From contig JAVECO010000048.1 of assembly GCA_051942205.1 (NCBI GenBank), positions 62,001 through 126,000 on the forward strand: a DNA stretch of 64,000 nt. Direction: 5' to 3'. The translations under genes and the position numbers were made by a program. Below are positions 36,095 to 50,722 of the stretch, one piece after another. The number at the start of each line of letters is the position of its first letter. Position 1 is the stretch's first letter. Origin of the DNA: Coniocarpon cinnabarinum (taxonomy: Eukaryota). The notes below the pieces were generated by a model. The model made no database searches. It saw nothing but the letters and a program-made list of their open reading frames with translations, and had not been told where the DNA came from.

Positions 36095-36932
36095 TGACGT
36101 TTGATGATCTCTGGCGTCAAAGATCAGATCCACGCGTTGAGGCATTCCGTTCTTCCAACGAATTCCCAGCGCAGGTGGTCCAATTCAGCCCGGTGATTGC
36201 AGCGTGCGTGCAGCGTGCGTGCAGCTATATCCAGGACATTTCTGACGACCCCCACTGGAACCATCACGGTGCTAAGTTTGATTTTGAATCGCTTTCTGCA
36301 CTGGTTTGAGCTTGACGATGTTGCACTGAGTGCTGGCGTGGAGCACCCATGCTCGGACTTGACACGTGACATTGCCCGGGGCCACTCTCAACGTGCCTAG
36401 GGCCCGAGTCCCTTACATGTACCTTGATTGTATAGCGCAAACTAGTATAAAAGCCTTATACATACACCAGCGATAAACAGTCACTATATGGTTACCTAAC
36501 ATCCAACAACGCCGTCTAACAGCAACTTTGGAGACGAAACATGATCCCAACGGCGCGACGCGCAGGCGCGTCAAGTCGCATATCCCCTGTGGCGCCGAGC
36601 TTGAGGTGAACGCGATCAGCCGCCACCACCACCACAACACCTCTGTCTTTCAATGACAGCTCCGTTTCGCTCTCTCTTCAGCATAACTCAGCACTTGTGC
36701 AGGTGTTCTGAACGCCGAGCCCCTTCACTTGTTTCATCGACCCACCCTTTTTGTCTTCTACCTTGCTTACATCGTCGCCCTTCCCCTCATTTTGCATATG
36801 ATCCAATAAGGCACGCGATCCGACCGTCCTGCCCAAGAGGATCTCAGAGTCCCGAGACTTAGCTAAGCTCATCGGTGGAACTACTAAGCTAGCTTAGTCT
36901 GCTGCTCCAAAGCTCACCTCACCTTTCTGGAC

Positions 36933-38132
36933 ATGGCTTCTTCAGTCGTATTGCCTTTACCTCAAGACCCCTACGAAGACATTAGCTGGAAGGTCAAGCT
37001 CTCTACAGGCTTTAGTTTTGCCATCGCTACGACAGCTTTGATCCTACGCCTCACCTCGCGTTGGCTTTCTGGTGTTAGTCTTGCCTTGACTGACTGGCTC
37101 ATTATGCTCGCATATGTAAGTGCCTCGGGGGGCGCACTCCAAAGTTGACCCGATCACTAGACTTTGCTGACAGGAAATATCCTACGCAGGTACCAAAGCT
37201 CGGTCTAGATGTCGCCTCCCTCGTCCTCGTCCATTACGGCATTGGACGTCACGTACAGGTCGTGCCCATCCCTCATTTAACGCAGTACCTGAAGACGGCC
37301 TACGTGGGATCTTTTCTTTACGTACCTTGCATTGTCTTCATCAAACTTTCCATCTTGGCTCTCTACAAGTCAGCTTTCCCCAAACCAAAGTATCTCAAGC
37401 ACATCGTATTCGTCGTGGCGGCCGTCGTCACTGCTTGGGGTATAGGGTGTTGTCTTGTTGGACTCTTGGCATGTATCCCGTTCGTCGATCGAAAGTGGCC
37501 CTTCGCATCTAGAAATCGGTAGCTGACACTTTTCTGCGTTAGCATCCACAAATCATGGACGCCTGGAGTAGCTGGTCGTTGCATCAACCTCCGTCGCTAC
37601 TATTTTGGATTGCAGATTCCCAACATCATCACGGATTTCGCACTTCTGTTCCTGCCCTTGATAGGCCTCCTGGATATGAGGACAGCCCTGGGCAGGAGTC
37701 GTGCTCTGCAGATCGGTGCTGTCTTCGCACTCGGACTGGTCACATGCGTCTTCGACATCATTCGCTTCGTAGTCATGCTTCGCTTCGATGACTCACCCGA
37801 CATCACCTGGAACAATGTTTCTGCATCGGTTTGGACGGATGTAGAACCCAGCATGGCCTATCTCGTCGCGTGTCTACCCCTGCTCCGGGCGCTCGTGACC
37901 CCTCTGCAGTTTTGGCGCGCACGCGGTGGAACTCGTTCCCGCGCTGAGGCCTCTGAAGGCATGTCAGGCATTGAGCTTAGAAATAGGTCTGGACCACACA
38001 AAAAGGGCTCAGCAGGGGACATCTCCAGCGTAAGGCCACTATCCCTTTGTCAAGCTATGAGAGCATTGGACAGCACGCGTCTGTCCCTTGTGGATGTTTG
38101 ATGTGTACCTGCTAACAATATTGTAGCAGTAA
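36933..38132 (+). CDS. PTH11-like integral membrane protein (fungal rhodopsin domain, no CFEM)
   Basis: Motifs LRLTSR..DWL, YGIGRH, IKLSILALY, CIPIHKSW..GRC, NIITDF and WTDVE..ACLP. Introns 37116-37189 and 37480-37542, and possibly 38030-38126. Confidence 0.88.
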
Positions 38133-39307
38133 TGCATTGACAGCTGTTATGGGATGCAGCAGCAGCGAGCATCGATGTGACAGCTCGAAAAGGATCACGC
38201 AAAGATGAGGCAGCAGGCTGTGTGTAGGCTTGATGCCGGGCGGGAGGACGTGGGAGGGCTCATGGAATGGCATCGCGGAACAGGCCTTAGGTGTAGGTAC
38301 CTAGACGCATGCCAGCGGTACATACGAACATAAGACAGGGGTGGCGCCGCATAGTGGCTAGGCCGTTTGCGTCGATATTCCCGCAACCCGGGCTGTTGGC
38401 TCCCCAAGTGCCTCCTCTCCGTCTGGGGAAGCGCGCGCTTCGTCCCAGTACGCCGTGCCTGACGTCCCTAGCTCTTACTCCGTACTTGACCATGATTCAG
38501 AGCCTTGCCGACGGCAGTCCAGGAGCCCTGTCTCACTACTTGCATCTGCTCTTCTTGCGAACAGTCAGCCAAGTCGGATCGCGCACAGCCAGGACTCTCC
38601 GCTCCTCACCCAATTGCAATACATGACGTCAGACAAGTGAACATGCTGGGATTGGAGGATTGAAGCTGGTAGAAGCTAAGCCTAGCATGGTAAGAGCAAG
38701 TGGGGCTCCAGACCGGGCCCGAGCTTTGTATCGGACGAAACGGACTTTATCCAATGCGGCGTCGATCCTGATCCCTGCCCGACCTTATTGTACCTCCACT
38801 CTCCAGTTGTCACTCATCGACTGGCCTTTCCCGTCAACGACGACGTCGCTCTTCATCCCCGCAGAACCAGTTTCTCTCAAGCATTCTTTTGGAATTTGTC
38901 CTGCTAACGAGTATCGTGATAGTTGCTCTTCAAGAGCCAGATCGATTGCTTCGTGCAATTTGGCCCAACATCACTCACTGACTCGTGAGCCTGGAGCCAA
39001 AACGAAGAAGAAGCCACACGCAGCACCTTTACTACGACCACTCCCTGCGAATGCGCTCGGCTCTAATTTGCTTCAAGCACGTTTCATGCTCGAGCAGAGT
39101 GCTCCGATCTCGTCGCTGACAGGTTCGCCCCGCAGTTAGATCGTCGCTGCTGCGCTCTGTACGGAGGGGCAGACTATCACTCTGGAGTTACTCATCATTC
39201 TACGCACTGTCAGTCCAATCGCACCAGTCCACATGCGACAAGATACAACTGGTTGCAGGTGCGGCGCTTGGGTCTCCGAAGTCTCGTGCTAACCCACAAT
39301 TTTAACC

Positions 39308-42300
39308 ATGTCTGATTCTCAGACGCCACGAAATACGCGCTCCTTTACGGAGACGTCATGGCACGGTCAGCCCAGTCTACGGTCAATTACCCCTTCCGCT
39401 GTACAGACTGCAGATGCGCAGGAGATGCTCCAGCTCATGCGCAGTTCTCGCGGCCGCATGCAAGGCAACGTCAGTTTCCGCGAAATACGCTCGAGGTCCA
39501 CTGAATGGATCCACTCTTACTGCTACGTTGACATGAAGTCTGCCGCCCTGCTATGGGAGACACTGGACAATCCACAGTCAACCGGGTCGTTTGATATCTT
39601 GATTCAGAATCTGAGGGGTGTCAAAGTCCAGTCCATCTACGAGGATTCCATCCGCAACCACCTTCTGCAGATTGTCTACCAGACTGCCGAAGGCTACGAA
39701 TCCGTGTTACAGCTGACACCGGACCGTGCTAACCAACTCAACGGCTGGTACGCCGCTCTCTTGTGCTGGCAAGTGGTTAGACCGTCCCAGTTGCTATCAA
39801 CGGACGCCCAAACTACAAGATCTGGTCTACGACCTTCCACGCTCAAAGAACCCCTGCAGACTTCTCGGGCATCGGTCGCGTCAAATGAGATGCTCAAGAA
39901 AGAACGTGCTTTGTTGCTTGTGCAGGGGTCTCCAGAATTCTCAAACAGAGAACTCCCCAATAACACAACCGCAAAAGACGTTCATTGCATCATTCGCGCA
40001 ACTGGAGAATTGAGTGTTCATGCCCTCGACAGTAAGCGCTCACTCGTCACTATAAATCTACAACAAATGCCCCGAAGCGCCATTCAACCACTGGACAAAA
40101 GCGTATTTGGGCTGCCAAGGTCAATCGCTATTTATCCCCAGTACGCACTCACCAAAGACGCGTGCTCGAGTCTAAGTCCCGTATTTCTGTCATTCAGCTT
40201 CACCGATGTGTTTGAGTTGTTCACGGCTCTTTTGAAAGCCTTCGCCGTGCCAGAAATTTACCGCGCGCCTTCAGGTGCAATCACTGGTTTCGAGAACGCA
40301 AAGATTGATTTTGACTCACGGCCTGGACAGCATATCGCAGTAGACGACTTTAGAGTTGAGCGCCAAATCGATGTATGCACTATCAAGCTCGAGCTGGACC
40401 CTAATATCCTTGAGCATAGGGGAGCACGTCACGTCTCGGACGAATTCTATATTGAGATCCTCATCGACGAGCAGATCAAGTTGAAGACCCCATATCGTTC
40501 CAGCACAAACTCATCTCTAAGATGGGCTGACGACTTCAAGCTTACTGACCTACCAAGCAACATTTCCAGCTGTTCATTCCGTCTCAAACGTCGGTACGTG
40601 GAAGATAGCTACCAAGATGTTACTGATACAGCGTCAATCGCAACAAGCAATACTGGCATATACATACGGTCGATGCACTCTGCATTTGACTCCGAAGTTG
40701 CTATTGCTGAAGTTAATTTGGGCTGCTTATTTGCACAAAAGAGCTGCGATTTGTCGCTCGAGTTGATTGCCGATCATGCTTCGAGAGTTGGCGTCCTCAC
40801 TACAGAGCTGCAATTTGAAGAGCAAGTTATCGTCAATGAAGACGAATATGACGGCTTGGTCTCTCTGCTTCAGAATTACACAAATGATCTCACTCTCGAC
40901 ATTGCTGAGCGCAATTACGTGCCTCAAGATGTTCTTGCGAAAATTCTGCTGAATATTTTCGAAACACATGGAAAAACAGAGCACTGGCTGCGTCATCTCA
41001 TCAGAGAGGAGGTCTACGGACGACGGAAAGCCGCAAAGAATCCTCGACACTCCTTTGATGGCAGAGCATCTGGCGGGGTCGGCGGGACGACGTCCGTCGC
41101 TTCGAGCCAGAACGAGGCAGCTCAATTGAGCGACGAAGCTGCTCTGCTCTTTCGAGCTAACAGTTTACTCACCAGAGCGCTCGACACTTACATGCGTCGG
41201 CTTGGTCAACCGTACCTAGAAAATGTTTTGCGTGTGAAGCTACAAGATATTGCGGATGCCGAGGAGCAGTGCGAAGTAGACCCAAGCAAGCTCGAGGATG
41301 ATGAAGATATCCATGCTAATTGGAAACGACTCATGACGAATACGAAGGCGGTTTGGTCCTGGATACGGAATACGATACCACAATGCCCTTTGGAGCTTCG
41401 CAGGATCTTACGAACGATCCGAGACTGCGCAGTCGACCGGTTTGGCTCGTTGCGTCTGGGTAAGGAGTATACCAGCGTGTCCAGTTTCCTGTTTCTACGC
41501 TTCTTTTGCGCCGCCATTTTGTCGCCTCGTGTGTTTGGGTTACTCAAAGGTGAGCAAAGATATCGTACACACACCACAGAATGCCTTCGCTAACACTGTC
41601 CAGCTGAGCCCGGACCTCGTGCAGCGCGTACGTTCATGCTCATTGCCAAATCCCTTATTGGTTTCGCGAATATGAGCTTGTTTGGGCCTAAAGAGTTTTG
41701 GATGAATCCGATGAACTCATTTTGCAAGTCTAATCGAGATGACTTTCAGAGATTCATCAACCAGATTTGTGACGTTGACTTAGAGACGCGCAACGATCAA
41801 GTTACAGACGAAACCCAAACGAGAGACACTCTGAACAGTGATCAACACGTCCTAGATCAGAGCGACAGATCCTTGCAGAAGAGGGAGGAAGTAGAGTCCC
41901 CCGAGTTGCGGGTGGGTCAGCGAAGCTCGCGTTCAGATACATCGCGAGAGGCACGAGGACTCCGAAACTCACCATCATCTTCAACTAGAAGCCCTGAGAT
42001 TATGGTTTCGCGCCAGAAGAAAGTATCAGGTGATGGTGAAGTTCCTACCCTATTAGACACGACAGAGTCCGCTGCTTGCATAGAGAGCTTCTCTGCCGAG
42101 GATACCAAGTCGGCGTCTTCTTCGATAAAATCGTTTGACCTCTATCCAGATGCCACAAACGAGCAAACAAGCCCAGTGAACCCTACGTCTTCACAGGGTC
42201 CCGATCGTTCTGGTGTCGACTCACGCATGAGCATCGCGTCGCATAGTACAGCTATCTGGGTTGGGCCCGAACACACACAATCGTCCTCAGTTGTCAAGAC

Positions 42301-43594
42301 CGGAAATGTAACCCCGGACAGTCGAGTTTCAATGTCATCAAATTTATCAGCTTCCGACATCACTTCCACATTTGCGAATCTAGAGGTAGGAGATATCAAT
42401 CGCATCGACAATCTCAAAAGTGTCCTTGGCAGGGGGGATCAGCTCGAGACAGATAGCACCTCATCCAGCTCAGCCGAAGATGCGTTGCCGCCCAGCATAT
42501 TAAGACCACGGCACGGAGAAGCCGCTTCATCAGCACAATTAGACCGCCGAGAGCTCAGCAATCAATCCAGCTCACAGACACTGTCCACATATCAGTCCAC
42601 AGCTCCATCAAGTCGTCCGCTCAACGGCAAGTCCTCCATCGACCAAAGGCTTGCGGCTTCGCCACACTCAGTGCTTGATTGTTTACCAGATCATCATCGA
42701 GGCGGCTTGCTTACGTTACCAGGTTTGGTCGATTATGGCCACAGCTTGGCTTTGCTCGCGGACTTGTGGCTCAAGAATTTCGAGTCTCGCCTTCAGCAGG
42801 CTCGAATGGCCCCAGCCAGCGAGCAAGATCAATATGTCAACACTCCAATGTTTATGACGCGAGAGTTCGGTGACTCAAAGAATCCTCTTGGTCAATTTCA
42901 TCGGCTGAGCCAGCAAGCAAGAGATAAGGCTAAGCGCCATCAAGACTGGACTCGAACAGCCCTATTTGACGGGCCATATGCAGAAGACGATGAAGGCGGT
43001 GGGATTACAGCACCGAACATATCGGTCAAGTGGGTGACGATCGCAGAGGCTATGGAAACGTCTCCACATCTGTACTGGATAGTTCGGGATGACGGACGCT
43101 CGTCGCGGGGAAGTCGCACAACCAGCGCTTATTCGCGAACGATGAGCTTCGATAAGTATGCACCTTCCTCTCTTTCTTCGCCGTCAAGAGAGAGCGTGGA
43201 CACAATGCGCTCAGTGTCTACGATGGCATCGGCAGCGCCATTCCCGCCCCCAATTTCGCGCGATCCACGCGAGCGGCAGAGGAGTTCCAACTTCAAAAAG
43301 CCCGGCCACATTTCAATAGGAGCGCCTCCAAAATCCTCAACAGCAGAAGCACCAGCTGGTGGTAAGAAGCGGTTCGGCTTTTTCTCTGGGAGCAATGCAT
43401 CAGGCTCGCTCCAGAGCTCGGCAACAAGCACGACAGGAAGGTCAGCAACGAGTCAAGATTCAGGAGGAAGCAGTCCAAGTGAGCGGAGTGGAAAGGACAG
43501 CAAAGGGCCGAGCAAGTCTTCCAAGAAGGAGAGAAGGAAAAGTCCACCTCGGACACAGGAGCAAACAGCGATGAGGAAGCTCGGGTGGTCATGA
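39308..43594 (+). CDS. Ras GTPase-activating protein with C2 domain (Bud2/Cla2-like)
   Basis: Arginine finger LFRANSLLTRALD, CEVDPSK and the FLR motif SSFLFLRFFCAAILSP. Intron 41550-41603. The 5' end may extend further upstream. Confidence 0.9.
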
Positions 43595-44229
43595 TAGGTT
43601 GTTACGAGCTTGTACGCAAGCGCGCTTGGAGCCGTGACCGAATGTACGATATGATGCACGACGCATACGGCGATTGAATACCGAAACTCATGTCACAGAG
43701 CCCTGAGCCTTGCTGCTCGACCAATTTTGCTTGCTATTTGATGTCTCAGCAATGCACACTCTGTGTGGAGTGGCGAATGCCGGAATATCTAATCAACACC
43801 CTGCCGATGTGCCGAAGCTAGGCAATATTTGCCGAAGCTCTCGCCGAATCAAACGGATCGCTCCGACTTACCTTCTATGGTTGTACCTTTGTCACTGCCT
43901 ATATTCGCCAGGTGACTTTCAGCACTTCTGGTCCAATATTCCAGCGAATTAATTTGACATGGTTGATTCTTACTATAGGAAATTACCTCGCGACTCAGAC
44001 TCTGTGCCGGTATGCATGCTGTCGACTATAACAGGCAGGTCGCATGTGATTACCCCGACGCCATTGTCCAAAAGTTTGGTATTCTGCGGAGAACAATGTG
44101 CGGAGATGCCGGGGGGTCAAGCCATGGTGTGGATACGTCAGTGTGCGAGCAATGTATGTACAAGAGTTCAAATAGGCCGCACAAAATCCCATCAGAGCTG
44201 AGCCATGTCGGTCCTGCAGTGTTTTCATC

Positions 44230-46615
44230 ATGGTCGTCAGTATGGTGTATAGGATATGGCTCCTTGCAGTGAGCTTCGCTCTCGTGATCACTGCTCAGAT
44301 CACTTATCCTAATGAGAGTAACAACACTGCTGCGCCTAACTCTTCAGGCTTTCGCATGCAGCATGGCTTCGAGACAGTCTTGGTGCAGCCGTATGGTTTC
44401 GACGGTTTTCGCGTTCGGGCATGGCCGTTCAAACCTCCAAATGGCAATGAGATCAGTTTTCTTTATGATCCTCCCCTCGAAGGTCCTGAGAACGGGGTGC
44501 CCCACGGGATGAAGTTTGACACGGCGCTCAACGGCAATTCTACGTTCTCGATCAGGAATGGAAACACCGTGGTTCAGACAAACAACTCGGATGCCGGAGC
44601 GTACAGACTAAGCTTCTGGAGGGTGGAGGACGACGGCCGCTATACGCTTCTGACGAATGAGTATGCTCCCTTGAAGTCGGTCAATCCTCGGTACTATTCT
44701 TGGTGAGTGTTTTGTGGCCCGGTTCTAGGTGGCGAGAAGGCATGATTTCTGATACGTTGTCTAAGGAATGGAGCTGGTTATGAATTTAGTGCGGCTTTCT
44801 CTTGGACTGCAACTCCAGAAGAGCAAATCTATGGCACTGGAACACAGGCCGATCATGCAGTCAACAAGAAAGGTCAAGTCATTGACTTGATCAATTTCAA
44901 CACACACATTCCGACCCCAGTGTTCATGTCTAGCAAATCCTATGCACTTGTTTGGAACTCTGCGGCGGAAGGGCGTATGGAGTTCGGGTCGCAGAGGACA
45001 CGCATCACAAGTGACTCCACAACATTAGTGGACTATGTGGTCGTTAGTGCTCCGCCAGGGAACTATGATCAACTCCAACAGCGATTATCTGCCATGACTG
45101 GACGAGCGCCCACGCCTCCCGACTTCTCACTTGGCTATCTGCACTCAAAGCTCAGGTATGAGAACCAGACTGAGGTCATTCAGCTTGCCCAAGATTTCGT
45201 CAACTATAACATTCCGGTGTCTCTTATTGTCATTGACTATCAATCATGGGCCCACCAAGGTGACTGGAGTCTCGACCCCGGGTTGTGGCCCAACGTCGCT
45301 CAAATGTCAGCGGCCGTCAAAAACTTGACCGGTGCTGAAATGATGGCTTCATCTTGGCCATCGGTGGAAGACGACAGTTACAACTACATGGAAATGCAGG
45401 CTGACGGTTATCTGTCGGCTACCCGCTCAGGACCGGGCACAACGGACTCATGGAACGGTAGCTACATCCGCAACTACGATGCTACCAATCCTGCAGCGAG
45501 GGCCTTTTTCTGGGACCAACTGAACCGCAACTACTATCAGCAAGGGATAAAAAATTTTTGGGTGGACCAAGCTGACGGAGGGAATCTTGGAGAAGCGTAC
45601 GAGAACAATGGTCAGAGTACCTACATCCAGTCGATTCCATATCCGCTTGCAGATGTCCTCTATGCCGCTGGAACACAGAAAAGCGTAGGCAAATTGTACC
45701 CATGGGCGCATCAGCAGATGATAGAGGAGGGCCTGCGAAATGTGACAGGTAAAAAGCAAGGTGCACCCTGCGACTACCTATCTCTCAGTAGATCCGGATA
45801 TATTGGGTCACAACGGTTTTGCAGCATGATTTGGAGTGGCGACACAACTTCCGTTTGGGCGACACTCAGTGCCCAGGTCGCCTCGGGTCTGTCCGCGGCT
45901 GCAACTGGATGGAGCTGGTGGACGCTTGACATTGGTGGCTTCCAAGTCGATCCAACTGTCCCGTACAGCGGCAACATCGATGACCCAGCGTATCGTGAGC
46001 TATACGTGCGTTGGCAGCAATGGGGCACTTTCTTGCCTTTCATGCGGAATCATGGCTCCCGTACCTGCAACACACAAGACGCGTACACATGCGACAATGA
46101 GCCGTGGACTTACGGAGAGTCCAACACACCCATCATCGCCAGCTACATCAACTTGCGATACCAGCTCCACGATTACTTGCAGGCTCTCTTCCAGCAGTTC
46201 CACAACGTAGGTCGGATGATCATGCGCCCGTTATACATGGACTTTGGCATGAGCGACCCCAACATCTATAATCGCACGGCGGTCAACGACAACGTCACCA
46301 CCCAGCAATACATGTTCGGGCCGCGATTGTTGGTCACACCGGTGACTCTGCCGAACGTGACGGAATGGGACGTCTACCTTCCTCAGCCGGCAGCCGGCAG
46401 CGCCAACGGCTCGCAGCCATGGACCTATTGGTAAGGACCTCTCAGATGCCGTTTGCTCTTGAATTTTGAGGAGACCTCAGCTGACCGTGTGACATAGGTG
46501 GACGAACCAGACGTACGCTGGTGGTCAAACGGTGACGGTACCGACCCCGTTAGAGCATATTCCCGTGTTCCACTTGGGCACTCGTGAGGACATTCTCTCT
46601 GGCAATGTCTTTTAA
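44230..46615 (+). CDS. Secreted GH31 alpha-xylosidase (AxlA-like)
   Basis: Signal peptide, nucleophile motif FWVDQADGG, RSGYIGSQRFCSMIWSGD, DIGGF and YMFGP. Introns 44703-44765 and 46431-46497. Confidence 0.93.
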
Positions 46616-48025
46616 GGCTGCGACGTGCTGAGGAACGGAACGGTTACGTCCCAACCCACGGAACAGCAAGAGAGAGCAATGATTCTTGGCAGAGGATTTT
46701 CCGGCTCATTTCGGAAGCCCGTCTGACGCTGCGATTTAAGGCCGTTTGCGGACGATGCGGCAGCGCACGGATGTGGCCCATTGGGCCAGAATGCAGGTCC
46801 AAGAGGCCAACTTGATATTAGACTTCGCCCCTGACAGGTGGCCCACTCTTGACGCTCCACCTCTGCGGGTATGCTGCACTCCGCAATGAAGCTTAGCCCC
46901 TTCGAGCGTAAAGCTGTGCCGATCTCTGCTACAACGGGGTTTCCTTCTATTTAATCTTAGCGAAGATGCTTCCAGTCTCTCAGGGAGACACAGACGCCCA
47001 GAGCTGTCTCTTGCAAAGATCGTCGACTTTGCGCAACGAAGAGTAGGGACGACATTGATCTCGAATGACCTGTGACAAGACTGACGGAGTCAACATTGGT
47101 CATCGCGAACAATCCTCAGACCAGGCGCGCTGGGTCTGGACATATCTGCGATCTGTTAAGCTTTGCGCGGCTCGTTCTCTACCAGACACTCGCTCAATGC
47201 CCCCAAAATGATCGTATTGCTCCGACGAGTAGCACCACATTGTGCACGCCAGACTGTTACAATGGTATCCAGTCACGTGACTAGGTCGCATCCTGCACCG
47301 TGTCCCGTTCTCACGCCACGTGACCTTCTCATCCTCCAGCCTTCCTTTCACTTCTCCTCAGCCAGTTTGCTTTAGATCGCTAGACTGCGCCTGGACGCTC
47401 CATCCATACAGGCCATGGATGCAGCAATGTCTTGCCAATGGGCTGGCTGACCTTCGCGGCAACGCGCAGAAGCATCCTGCGTCCTAGCTGTCATTCTGCG
47501 TCCCGTGCGTGTTGATTCGTATGTGACCGGCAAATCATCCCGTCCGCGATTCTCCTCCACGAGCCAGCGTCCGCACGCTCCGCCAGACTCTTCACCAGAG
47601 CCCTCGAGGCCGCGGCAGACCTCCGCATCCTGTAGGATTCAGCCCTCCACCCATTCGTGCTGCCCTCTACCTCCAGGTGATGCAACGTCGCCACGGCAAG
47701 AGGCAATCTCCCCAACGCTATTTGCGGCTGCCGTCCCTAGTTTCACCTCTCCCTCGCTACGTCCACCTGGCCATAAAGTACCCAGGCTGCTGCCCACCCC
47801 CACTCTTGTAGGCTGTCGCCCTTCAGATCGTCTATTCCCTTCTTGCCTTCTTCTGAACAGCTGTCTCTCTTTCGCAGTATCAGAACACGTTAATCATTCC
47901 TCCTTGTATTCGTTCTTTTCGCTGCTTATAGTCTCTCACTCTACTTCCCAGTAGTCCATAATTCTTCTCCCTGCTCAGGAAACCACATCGTTGTCACACC
48001 GCGTTACCGTCACCAACCTCGAAAT

Positions 48026-48985
48026 ATGCATACATCAGCTTTGATTGGCACTGCGGCCTTCGCCGTTGCTGCCAGGGCCCAGGCAGGTGCTGCTGCTGGC
48101 GCGCCGTCTGATCCAGCGGCTCTTGCTGCAGACAGTGCGATGGCCAGCGCTGCCAATGCGCCGGCGACCGCTGCTGCTTCTGTTCCACCTACTGCTGCCA
48201 CGGCGCCGAGCGCGAACATTGCATTCACACCTTTCCCGCCTGCGCAAGTCCCCTACGGCCAGGTCCAGCCTTTGGCCTACATTGCGCCCGCGCAGAGCTC
48301 GGTGAGTAGATGTACATGGTGCTCTTCTTGAGTGGGACGAGTCGCTAATCCTCCTATCAAGCCTGTCAACATCACGCTGCTCACGGGCTGCCCGAAAGAC
48401 TGCCAATTTTACAAAACATTGACCAGCACCGAGACGAGCGGGACCTTCCAGTGGCAGGTTTCGGAGCCCAACAATTGCGGTTACGGTCTGTCCATCTCTC
48501 AGTCGGGCGTCAGCGACTACTCCAATAACTTCTGTATCGTTGGTGGACCGGCTAGCGCAGCTCCGGGCGTTGACACCACCTGCACCACCTCTACCACCTC
48601 TTACCCGTCTGCGCCTGGCATGTACGGCACCACCGTCCCGACACCCGCCGCGCCGTACACCCCAGGCGCTTCCATGCCTCCAGCTATTCCATACGGCACT
48701 GGCTACAAGCCAGCTGCTCCCTACGTCTACCCTACCGGTGGTTACAACCCTGCTCCTCCCGCTGGCACTCCCGGCGCATACACCCCTGGCCCGCTCCCAT
48801 ACTACGCACCAAACGCCGGCTCGACTCCTGGCTCTGCAGGTGGCGCTCCCGGCGCTCCTGGCGCGACTGGTACGGCCGGTGCACCTGGTGCTCAATACAC
48901 TGGCGCTGCCAACCGTGCCCAATCTCCTATGGGTGCTGGCATCTTGGGCCTCGTTGGTGTTGCCGGCATCTTCGCGATGTTGTAG
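48026..48985 (+). CDS. GPI-anchored Pro/Ala/Gly/Thr-rich cell-wall protein
   Basis: Signal peptide MHTSALIGTAAFAVAARA and intron 48302-48361. A small Cys-containing beta domain (ITLLTGCP..FQWQV..YSNNF) precedes a P/A/G/Y-rich stalk and the GPI signal YTGAAN..GILGLVGVAGIFAML. Confidence 0.88.
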
Positions 48986-50722
48986 ACGCAGTCCGGGTGA
49001 CAGTCCTTACCGGAAACATATCAGGAACGAAGTCGACACGAAAGCAATTTGAAGTGATGGATCGACCGTGACAGCACAGTGTCGCCGTCTGAAGCGTCGG
49101 AGTTGACGGCATGGAAAAGGCGAAGAACGGACTGATGCAAACTATGGACATGGTCGGAGATACCCGCAAGTTACTCTTCTACATGGACGACGCTGTCCAC
49201 GACGTTGGCTAGAACCGTAGCTTGCCCTCGTTGATTACACTCGCTAGATGAGCTAATGTTTGATTTTGGATTTGATTATGTACGCGCTCAAGTTTCTGCC
49301 TCACTATTGATCATCCTCGTCGTCTATCCGCAGTTACCGTGATACCCCGAGTCTGATGTTGTGCGCCTGTCGAGAGGAAGATCGTCGCATAAGGGTCATA
49401 GTTTGACAATATTGTATTGGGACTAAACGTAAAAAGCGAGTCGGGGGGGGCCGCCGGGAGCGACTGATTTCAGATCAATGATGCCCTTGGAAATTCCGTC
49501 CGCGATTGCATGCTCTTTCCTCATCGTCTCTGCCTCAGTGCAGGCGCCGCTGTGAAACAACGTTTGTGGTGCGGCACCATGTTCAGAAGATCGAGAGACT
49601 GCACTGCATTGGGCAGGCAGAAGAGCGAAGGCCCGCTGATTAGTGAGGTGAATGGCTATTGCAAGACGCCGGCGTGCAAGTTAACAGCGGCAAAAAGCGC
49701 TTGACACGAGGGTGATGATGGACTCGAGTTGATACGTGTGATTTTTGCAGATGATAGTATCGGGTTCTGAGTTTGCTGATCATGACTTCATCACGAAAGC
49801 GAGAAAATCGTGTCTGATGAGGCGAAGACAGGTGGTTGGTGGGAATGCAATGACAGGGAGCTGGTCTGCTGAAAGATGCACGTCTCGCAACACAGGGCTA
49901 CTTGCGCTTCAAACGTCGCTACATACAAACAACGAATAGTATAATTCAGCCAGAAGAATACTTCCTCGGCTGGCAACAAAAGACCACTGGCCTGGTGCGT
50001 GCTGTCTTGAGCAGCACACGCCCAGCTCGAAGCTGCAGCCAACTGTCGTGCTTTGTTCAGGGCCGCTTGAGACTGTTCGTTGACGAACAGCTGAGAAAGG
50101 GGAACAACTTCGCCTAAGCAAAGTGGTGTCAGTTGCAGCTCGCACTTTTTCGTGCTGACAGGGATGACGCCACGGAGTGAAACTCCCTCCCCACTTCAAC
50201 TTCCGAGGCCATCAGCATTGCTGTTCAACATTGAAAATTGTCAGACACTCCCGTTGAAGACATCGCATCCCATTGTGCAACAATGTCTGCGCCATTACGG
50301 ATGACTGAAAATGCGCTCGTGCAACCCCTGCCTCTAGAGGAAGAACATTGGTACCCGACCATCAGCATTCACAGGCATCAATCGATGAGCCAGCAAAAGA
50401 ACAAGCTTTCCACATCCTCTGTCAGCCCCAACCTTGTCCCTAATCTTGTTTGACAGAAAACATTTCGTTTGCGCAAGTTCGCAACCATGTATATCACCGT
50501 CCATACCCTGTACTGCCAGGTTCACGTATGGCACAGCCGAGCTTGTCCGCGCGTGCTGAACACGTCTGCTTGTGTCTATGAAAGATAAAAAGACTGGGCA
50601 TTGTCTGCCAAGGAACACTGAGCCCTTGCACCTGTCGACTTCTCTGTGATCTGGTCGTTCCGTAGCTCTGACACGAAGCTGAAACGGATCCTGGCGTCCT
50701 CACCTTCAGCCTCACCACCACT

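Noticed and set aside
48035..48922. 295-aa minus-strand ORF
   Set aside because: It is antisense to the GC-rich GPI-protein gene.
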